This document shows, piece by piece, positions 26,383 through 33,372 of a DNA stretch of 64,000 nucleotides. A program made the translations under genes and the position numbers. The notes below the pieces were generated by a model. The model did no database searches and had not been told where the DNA came from. It worked only from the letters and a program-made list of their open reading frames with translations. Numbering within the stretch: the stretch's first letter is position 1; each line of letters begins with the position of its first letter. Source of the stretch: Candidatus Latescibacterota bacterium (GTDB lineage: Bacteria; Latescibacterota; UBA2968; UBA8231); assembly GCA_965208105.1 (NCBI GenBank), contig OZ242318.1, positions 501,731-565,730 on the forward strand, in the 5' to 3' direction.

Positions 26383-27786
26383 ATGTTCAAGACTATTCTG
26401 TTCAAGGAAATCAAGGGCCATTTAGGCACGGTGACATTCGCCGTCTGGATGGGCGTCTCGTGCCTGGTGGTATGGATGGCTCTGGAGAGCGGCTATTCGA
26501 GATACGAGCACAAGCATCAGCAATACCTCGATCAGGAACGAGAGGCGAAAAAAAGCCTCAGTAAAGAATACTTTGCGTTCTGGCCGGAAGAGGAAATATT
26601 CCGGGTGCTGCGCCAGCCGTCGGTGTTGAGCACCATCGTCTATGGGCTTGAAGGTGAGCTGCCGGTTTATCTGAGCGTCAACCCCAACGGCGTCCGGTCC
26701 GGTTCGAAGGGGATGGGTGGAGCTATGTCGCGCCTGTTGGGAGAGCTGGATTTTCTCCTGGTCATCGAGATGGTGTTCGGGCTGATGGCCGTCGTGCTGG
26801 CGGCCACTCTGGTGTCGTCGGAGGGAGAAAACGGGACGCTCAAGCTGATATTGGCCAACCCGGTCTCCCGCAGCACGGTCTTGTTGGGGAAGGGGCTGGG
26901 CGCCTTCGCCATCATCGCCTTTGTCTTTGTGTTTTCCACTTTTATCGGGCTTTTGTTCCTGTCGGTGAAGGGGTTTCCCCTCCTCGAACGGGAGGTGCTC
27001 GCGTCACTGCTCGTGATTGTGGCGGGAAGTCTGGTTTATTTGCTGTGCGTTTTCCTGGTGGGGATGATCTGCTCCATCCTGTTTTTGAACACCCGGGTGG
27101 CCTTGGTGCTGAGCGTCTTGCTGTGGGCGGTGCTGTCTTTTCTGCTGCCCAAAAGCGCCGGGACTGCGGCGGAGTTGATGCGCCCGGCAGAAGACGGTTG
27201 GACCGTTTACTTGCGTCAGAAATCCGCCCGTGAAGCCCATCTCAAGGCCCACCACGAGGAAGTGAACAAGCATTACCCCCATCTGGGTCCAGCCCCGGAC
27301 TCGAGGGATCTGGACTACCCAGGGATTACGGAGACTGCCGTAGCGGCTTGGGGGAAGTACAGCGACCGGATCGCCAAAGAAGTGACCACCATCGCCGAGG
27401 ATCACAATCGCAACAAGCAAGCCCAGGAAGCCCTGGGGAAGGTGCTGTCCCGGCTATCCCCCGCAAGCAGTCTCCGCCTGCTGTTGGCCAATGTGGCCGG
27501 CACGGGCGACCAGGTGAAGCGCAACTTCCTGCAAGCGGCCTGGAACTATCAGAATACGGTTGACGACAAAGTCTTCTCAAAAAGAATCCATATCACTATC
27601 AGGAAGAATCAGGGTTGGCCCTGGGACATGGGTGCAGAGCGACCGCCGCCCCTGCCCCCGCTCCTGCCGCCGTCTCTCGAGAGTGTCTTGGTGGAGTCGG
27701 CGTTAGAAATCGCTTTATTGTTCGTCTATTCCGTCTTCCTGTTCATGCTGGCCTATATGCTTTTCATTCGTCGATCCATCGCGTAG
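26383..27786 (+). CDS. ABC-2-family permease-like membrane protein, paralog 2
   Basis: ATG 26383 after GAGGAG. The first ~150 nt are nearly identical to paralog 1. SSEGENGTLKLILANPVSRSTVLLGK. Confidence 0.8.
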   Translation: MFKTILFKEIKGHLGTVTFAVWMGVSCLVVWMALESGYSRYEHKHQQYLDQEREAKKSLSKEYFAFWPEEEIFRVLRQPSVLSTIVYGLEGELPVYLSVNPNGVRSGSKGMGGAMSRLLGELDFLLVIEMVFGLMAVVLAATLVSSEGENGTLKLILANPVSRSTVLLGKGLGAFAIIAFVFVFSTFIGLLFLSVKGFPLLEREVLASLLVIVAGSLVYLLCVFLVGMICSILFLNTRVALVLSVLLWAVLSFLLPKSAGTAAELMRPAEDGWTVYLRQKSAREAHLKAHHEEVNKHYPHLGPAPDSRDLDYPGITETAVAAWGKYSDRIAKEVTTIAEDHNRNKQAQEALGKVLSRLSPASSLRLLLANVAGTGDQVKRNFLQAAWNYQNTVDDKVFSKRIHITIRKNQGWPWDMGAERPPPLPPLLPPSLESVLVESALEIALLFVYSVFLFMLAYMLFIRRSIA

Positions 27787-27801
27787 TAATGGAGTCTTAT
27801 C

Positions 27802-29229
27802 ATGTTCAAGACCATTATGTTCACGGAAATCAGGAGTCGCTTGGGCACGGTAACTTTCTCCCTGTGGCTGGGCGTCTCGTGCTTGGTGGTATGGATGGCT
27901 CTCGAGAGCGGCTACTCGAGATACGAGCACAAGCATCAGCAGTACCTCGATCTGAAACGGGCGGCCCAAGATGGCCTCAGCAAAGCATACATGCCGGTCG
28001 TAGCGGAAGAGGACATATTCCGGGTTCTGCGTGAGCTCTCCGTGTTGAGTGCCATCGTCTACGGGCTGGAAGGCGAGATGCCGGTCTATATGAGCGTCAA
28101 TCCCAACGGCGTACAGCCCGGGGCGGGGATAGCGGATAAATCCTTGTTGGACCTGTTGGGAGAGTTGGATTTTCTCCTGGTCATCGAGCTGATTCTCGGG
28201 TTGATGGCCGTGGTGCAGGCAGCCACTCTGGTGTCGTCGGAAGAGGGAAACGGGACGCTCAAACTGATGTTGGCCAACCCGGTCTCTCGCAGCACCGTCC
28301 TGTTGGGGAAGGGGCTGGGCGCCTTCGCCGTCATCGCCTTCACCCTTTTGTTTTCCACCCTTTTCGGACTTTTTTTGCTCTCGGTCCGGGGATTTCCGCT
28401 CTTCGAGGCAGCGGTGCTCGCGCCGATACTCTTGATCTTGACGGGGAGCCTGGTCTATCTGCTCGTCATCTTTCTGATCGGGCTGACCTGCTCTATTCTG
28501 TTTCTGAATTCCCAGGTAGCTTTGATCCTGAGTGTCTCGCTCTGGGCTGCGCTGTCTTTTCTCGTGCCCCAAAGCGCCTGGACTACGGCGGAGTTGATCC
28601 GCCCGGCAGAGAACGAGCGGACGGTTTATGTGCGGCAGAAATACGCCCGCGAAGCCCATCTCAATGCCTACCACGAGGAATTGAACAAGCGTTACCCCCA
28701 CCTGCAACCTGACGCAGAGGGCAATGCGGACTGGTCGGGGGTCAACCAGACCGAGTTGACGAAGGACGCGGTGGCGGTTTGGGCGAAATACAGCGACCGG
28801 ATCGCCAAAGAAGTGACCACCATCGCCGAGAACTACCACCGGAACAAGCAAGCGCAGGAAGCCCTCGGTAGGGTGCTGTCCCGGGTCTCCCCCACCGGCA
28901 GTTTCCGCCTACTCTTGGCCAACCTGGCCGGTACGGGCAACCAGGTGAGGTGGAAATTCTTGCAAGCGGCCTGGGACTACCAGAATATGGCAAACGATAA
29001 AGTCTTCTCAAAAGATCCCATGATCACTATCGGACCCTCGAGTTGGTGGCCCAGTATTATGCGGGGTGCAGATAACCCTCCTCCCCCACCTCCCCCACCA
29101 CCGGTCATGGTTCCGTCCCTCGGCAGCGTCTTGACAGAGTCGGCCTTGGACATGGCCATGCTGTTCATTTACGCCGTCGTGCTCTTCATGTTGGCGTATT
29201 CGCTGTTCATGCGTCGGTCCATTGTATAG
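27802..29229 (+). CDS. ABC-2-family permease-like membrane protein, paralog 3
   Basis: MFKTIMFTEIRSRLGTVTFSLWLGV. SSEEGNGTLKLMLANPVSRSTVLLGK. PPPPPPPPP tract before the last TM helix. Confidence 0.8.
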   Translation: MFKTIMFTEIRSRLGTVTFSLWLGVSCLVVWMALESGYSRYEHKHQQYLDLKRAAQDGLSKAYMPVVAEEDIFRVLRELSVLSAIVYGLEGEMPVYMSVNPNGVQPGAGIADKSLLDLLGELDFLLVIELILGLMAVVQAATLVSSEEGNGTLKLMLANPVSRSTVLLGKGLGAFAVIAFTLLFSTLFGLFLLSVRGFPLFEAAVLAPILLILTGSLVYLLVIFLIGLTCSILFLNSQVALILSVSLWAALSFLVPQSAWTTAELIRPAENERTVYVRQKYAREAHLNAYHEELNKRYPHLQPDAEGNADWSGVNQTELTKDAVAVWAKYSDRIAKEVTTIAENYHRNKQAQEALGRVLSRVSPTGSFRLLLANLAGTGNQVRWKFLQAAWDYQNMANDKVFSKDPMITIGPSSWWPSIMRGADNPPPPPPPPPVMVPSLGSVLTESALDMAMLFIYAVVLFMLAYSLFMRRSIV

Positions 29230-29266
29230 TCCGCCGCTCCCATTGCATGAGGATGAGTTGAGAGTT

Positions 29267-31015
29267 ATGAAACGCGTTCCTGACTCGGAACCTGGGATGA
29301 TCAGAGCTACACTGAAGAGAATCGGATTATACCGCGCAATTATGGCCAACGGACTGAATATATTGCTTCTGTGTATTATCGCCGCGGCAGTGGTAACGTT
29401 GACCATAGCCAAGCCCATCGTGTTTTCCAGGATAATTGACAAGGGAATCCTCAGTGAGGACTGGAGCGTGGTCCGCTCGCACTGCGTCTACTTCCTCATT
29501 ATTGCATTGGGCTTGAGTCTTTTCGGGTTAGCTCACTCTTTAGTCGCGTCGGTAATACACAACAAAATATCCTTGATAATCAAACAGGTTCTCCTGGAAC
29601 GGATCTTTCTCCTGGACGCCGGATTCTTCCACACGAACAAGACCGGAGACGTCATTACCAAGCTGGACAACGACGTATCGAGCATCCAGACCTACATCAT
29701 GTCGGTCCTGAACGCCTCCATGAACAATTTTATCAGCTTTCTAGGGGCGATGATCTATATCGGCTACGTGCAATGGAGGATGTTGATCGTCGGGTTCCTG
29801 GTGACCCCGTTTGTGGGTCTGGCCATTTACGCGTTCCGCAACGTGTTATACTCCAAGGACAAGAAGACCCGGGAGCGGAAGTCCGACGTAAATGACGCGA
29901 TAATAAACGCCGTCGACCATCAGCTTTACCTGAGGAAGGTCGGATTGGACTCGAGATCGCTGTCGAAGTGCAAATGGACCTTGGACCAGTACCGGGTCGC
30001 ATCCATCTTTTACGACCTATGGCGCGGCGGCAGCGGGTCGCTAAACAACCTCCTCCTTGCCGTCGGCTATATTGTTACCATCGGCTACGGTTCGTGGCTG
30101 GTCTTCAAAGGCATGCTCAGCGTCGGCAATCTTTTCGCATTTCTAACCCTGCGCACCATGTTCCTTGCCCCGCTGACGGTCTTCAAGGAAATCTACAGTG
30201 GGTACTTTTCGACTAAATCCGCATTCAAGCGCCTGGACGATTTCTTCTGCCATCGGATCGAGAAGGGTCTGGAACGCATGGACAACTCGAAACCCGAATC
30301 GTTTGGAGAGATCTGTTTGAGCAACGTATCGTTTGCCTATCCAGGGCAACACTGTCTGTTGAACCACATTGACGTTGAATTCGGCAGGGGCTGGAATATC
30401 CTGGCGGGTAGAAACGGTGCGGGGAAATCGTCATTGATCGACCTGCTCATGAAGATTTCGTCTCCAAGGGAGGGGCGCATCTTGGTCGACGGCGTAGATA
30501 TTGGCTCGCTCAACAATCAGTCATGGAGGTCCAACATCAGTGCCATGCCTCAAACCACGTACTTGTTCAAAGGGTCGTTGCGGGAGAACATTCGCCTGTA
30601 TGACGAGGGCATAACCGACGGTCGAATTCAGGCCGTGCTGAACCGCCTGAGCTTCGATTTCGATCCCGAAAAGCTACCAGCAGGGCTCGATACGAACATT
30701 ATGGAGGGAGGGACCAATTTTTCTGGGGGCCAGCGCCAAAAAATCGCGATCGCCAGGACCGCCCTCAAAGACACCCCTATCTACATCTTCGATGAACCCC
30801 TGTCCAGTCTGGATATGCGTTCGCGCGGCCTGGCCTTGGAGTACTTAAAAAAGGCGCTCAAAGGCAAGATCGTCCTAATCGTTTCACACGATGACATGGG
30901 CGAATATACGGATCGGGAGTACAGAATGAAAGACGGGGCCATCGTGACCACCGCCGCAAACGGGTTGGATCGTGTTCCAGAGGAGGGTTCCAATACTTTG
31001 CATATATCAGTCTGA
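29267..31015 (+). CDS. ABC exporter, fused transmembrane + ATP-binding domains (type I exporter, no C39 peptidase domain)
   Basis: ATG 29267. N-terminal 6-TM-type domain. Walker A GRNGAGKSS, signature FSGGQRQKIAIART, Walker B IYIFDEPLSSLD. Confidence 0.85.
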   Translation: MKRVPDSEPGMIRATLKRIGLYRAIMANGLNILLLCIIAAAVVTLTIAKPIVFSRIIDKGILSEDWSVVRSHCVYFLIIALGLSLFGLAHSLVASVIHNKISLIIKQVLLERIFLLDAGFFHTNKTGDVITKLDNDVSSIQTYIMSVLNASMNNFISFLGAMIYIGYVQWRMLIVGFLVTPFVGLAIYAFRNVLYSKDKKTRERKSDVNDAIINAVDHQLYLRKVGLDSRSLSKCKWTLDQYRVASIFYDLWRGGSGSLNNLLLAVGYIVTIGYGSWLVFKGMLSVGNLFAFLTLRTMFLAPLTVFKEIYSGYFSTKSAFKRLDDFFCHRIEKGLERMDNSKPESFGEICLSNVSFAYPGQHCLLNHIDVEFGRGWNILAGRNGAGKSSLIDLLMKISSPREGRILVDGVDIGSLNNQSWRSNISAMPQTTYLFKGSLRENIRLYDEGITDGRIQAVLNRLSFDFDPEKLPAGLDTNIMEGGTNFSGGQRQKIAIARTALKDTPIYIFDEPLSSLDMRSRGLALEYLKKALKGKIVLIVSHDDMGEYTDREYRMKDGAIVTTAANGLDRVPEEGSNTLHISV

Positions 31016-31023
31016 TATTCAGA

Positions 31024-32082
31024 ATGAGCTACCAGATGTCGACTAAAGAGTTATACTTACCGCTCAATCCCAATCCTCCGATTAGAGTCTATCTGCATCA
31101 TGCCTACCCTCTGTCAATTTTATCAAGTACCGAAGAGTATTTGCCCTGGTTCCGAAGCAACTTTGTTCAACTGTATAGCGGGGGTCCCGATCATATCGAT
31201 TTCCTCGTACCCATGCTTACACACGCAGACCATCCTCAGATCTACTATTCTCCTCTTCTGAACGTGGTTCGGCTCAATAGAAAAATCGTCGATTTGATAA
31301 ATGCCGATTCTGAAATCTGGAGATTCATTGTCGACTGTATAACAGAGGGCTTCTACGTCGATATCGAGGTTGATGAATATCACGTTCCTTTTACTCGCGC
31401 ATTCCATAATTTTCATACTGGACATTCTCTTCTGATTCATGGCTACAATACTGCTCAGGAAAAATTCAGTGCCATCGGTTACGATCGAAACGGCAAATAC
31501 GGCATCCAGCTTGTCGATTTTGCCAGCACACTCAAAGCTTACGGTAGCCGGGAAAGTAAAAATCACATGGCAATAGTGTCTCATGCTTTAAGACAGAAAA
31601 CGGGCCGCGATAGCAACATCCAGTGCGAATTCACGCTCGAGTTGGTGGTTGACATGCTCAAGGACTACATCCACTCAATCAACACGCTTGACCGGTTGAA
31701 GTTGGTTTTGAGATCGAACTATAGATCGAATTCCCTGCGTTTTGGAATTGAGGCCGTCAGAAAATTGCGATTTGAACCTAGTGCGGCGAATGCGCCTTTG
31801 GATCTGCGTCCTTCTCACTGTCTCTGGGAGCATAAGAAATGTATGGCCGAGAGGGTTCAGTACCTGGTAGAAAACGGATATTTGGACAAGGTTGGAAATT
31901 TGGTATTTGAGTTCGGAAAAATTGCTAAAATGGCGGAATCACTCAGGCTGCTGGCAATCAAGTACAACTTGCAGAAACAACGAAAAATACTCCATAAAAT
32001 GGACAACCTGAGAAACAAAATAGTTGAGGGTGAGAAATTCCTCATAAAAAATTTACTGGACCGACTACCGTCATGCCCATGA
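31024..32082 (+). CDS. hypothetical protein (orphan, last gene of the lower-GC operon)
   Basis: 352-aa ORF, AT-rich codon usage like its neighbours, 8 nt after the exporter stop. No motif I can assign with confidence. Confidence 0.6.
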   Translation: MSYQMSTKELYLPLNPNPPIRVYLHHAYPLSILSSTEEYLPWFRSNFVQLYSGGPDHIDFLVPMLTHADHPQIYYSPLLNVVRLNRKIVDLINADSEIWRFIVDCITEGFYVDIEVDEYHVPFTRAFHNFHTGHSLLIHGYNTAQEKFSAIGYDRNGKYGIQLVDFASTLKAYGSRESKNHMAIVSHALRQKTGRDSNIQCEFTLELVVDMLKDYIHSINTLDRLKLVLRSNYRSNSLRFGIEAVRKLRFEPSAANAPLDLRPSHCLWEHKKCMAERVQYLVENGYLDKVGNLVFEFGKIAKMAESLRLLAIKYNLQKQRKILHKMDNLRNKIVEGEKFLIKNLLDRLPSCP

Positions 32083-32179
32083 ATAGCTTTACCAATTTGC
32101 AAAAAATTCATAAGACAGTCCGTTCGCGACCCGTAACCTGATGCCGGCGGCGCTTCCGATCCTTTAACCGGAAAGGCCG

Positions 32180-32257
32180 CTCCGCCGCAACATCAGTTTT
32201 CCGAAGGCAAAATCAGGTGTTCGCCCGATTGAGAAGCACCGTTGCCGTCGCTATGTT
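32180..32257 (+). promoter_or_regulatory. operator/promoter module copy C (at the distal end of the lower-GC operon)
   Basis: AACATCAG (32189) and AAAATCAG (32209). GGCAAA-N8-TTCGCC. TTGAGA (32229-32234), 17-nt spacer, TATGTT (32252-32257). No intact gene follows. Confidence 0.5.
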
Positions 32258-32784
32258 AGATAGCGAAAGGTCACTCAGGTCCGCGCAGCATCCCGCCTCA
32301 GCGGGGCAGCCTGATTGAAAAGGAGACGGTTCGTGCCCTCCAGTGCTTTCATCCTGTCTCGTTTCCAGCCGAACCACGCCCCAGAGGTCACGGCGTTTCT
32401 CAACCTGTCGCAACAGCATCAGTGGATGAGACGAGCCCTCCCCGAACGCCGGTGGAGTACGCCGGTGAGGTGGACCTGGTCGTGCACGGCCAGGTCCACC
32501 TGAACTTTGGCGAGAACATACCCGGTATAGGCCTGGTGCTCTGAATGGGCTTCTCCCTGGAGGGAGCACCTTGCTGATCACCGACGGCATCGGCAAACAA
32601 GCTCTTGAATCAGCCGTGTGGGCAGGTACATCCGCACGTTCGGGCGCCTCGGACGAGGGCGCGGCGAGTATTTCTCTACCGGAAGTTTGAAGGAGACGAT
32701 ACCGTGCAAGCGAGGTGTCATTGGCCCTAGATTTAGATTGCAGATAATCCGGTGTCACCTGATTTCGGAAGGGCTGATGAGGCG

Positions 32785-33203
32785 CGGGAGAATGCTTTTT
32801 CTGGGCAAACCTTGCCGAGTTGGAGGACGCGATGCCGATCGTTCAATTGGAACTTGTGATTAGGGGGAATTTCGAGCGCATCAGCGGCGACACCCTGCAG
32901 GAGCTTGCCGATGAGCTCGGCGAGTATTTTCAGACGGACAGGGGCGCTACCTGGGTCAAGGTCGACTACCTTCCATTCGAGCAATATGCGGAAAATCGCG
33001 CCGAGCTCGGAGGCGAGGTAAAGCCCACCCTGGTCTACGTGCTTAAATACCGGCTGCCGCCACGGGATCGACTGGCGCAGGAAGCGAAGGATCTGGCGCG
33101 GATCGTTGCAAGGCGCCTGCAACGCCCCGAAGAAAACACCCATATAATTTTCGAACCTGACGGGGTCGGAAGGGTGGCTTTCGGCGGCGAGCTGGTCACC
33201 TGA
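32785..33203 (+). repeat. direct repeat copy 2 (partner of 5885..6303)
   Basis: See copy 1. Confidence 0.8.
32832..33203 (+). CDS. tautomerase-superfamily-like protein, copy 2
   Basis: MPIVQLELVIRGNFERISGDTLQELADELGEYFQTDRGATWVKVDYLPFEQYAENRAELGGEVKPTLVYVLKYRLPPRDRLAQEAKDLARIVARRLQRPEENTHIIFEPDGVGRVAFGGELVT. 123 aa, about 90% identical to copy 1 by eye. GGAGGA 4 nt upstream. Confidence 0.55.
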   Translation: MPIVQLELVIRGNFERISGDTLQELADELGEYFQTDRGATWVKVDYLPFEQYAENRAELGGEVKPTLVYVLKYRLPPRDRLAQEAKDLARIVARRLQRPEENTHIIFEPDGVGRVAFGGELVT

Positions 33204-33372
33204 GGGTTCGCGAGGTTCCGCCGGGGGTATGGGAGGTGACGATGTGGAGCAAGGTGAAAACCGCGGTTGCCCCGAACCCCCAACCCAGACCCCCACCCCA
33301 CCACGGCTGCAGCATGAGCACCACACCCAGGACCATCCCCAGCCGCGCAATCAGGTCGGCCCAGCGGATCAT
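33196..33372 (-). CDS. possible small membrane protein translationally coupled to the permease gene
   Basis: ATGA overlap with the permease stop (33369-33372). MIRWADLIARLGMVLGVVLMLQPWWGGGLGWGFGATAVFTLLHIVTSH has two hydrophobic segments. Its 3' end overlaps the convergent tautomerase-like gene by 8 nt. Could also be non-coding. Confidence 0.35.
   Translation of the reverse strand: MIRWADLIARLGMVLGVVLMLQPWWGGGLGWGFGATAVFTLLHIVTSHTPGGTSRTLR

Noticed and set aside
29077-29103. C/T-rich low-complexity tract that looked like a simple repeat
   Set aside because: It is in frame within permease paralog 3 and encodes PPPPPPPPP. Shorter Pro runs occur at the same position in paralogs 1 and 2, so it is a coding feature and not a regulatory repeat.
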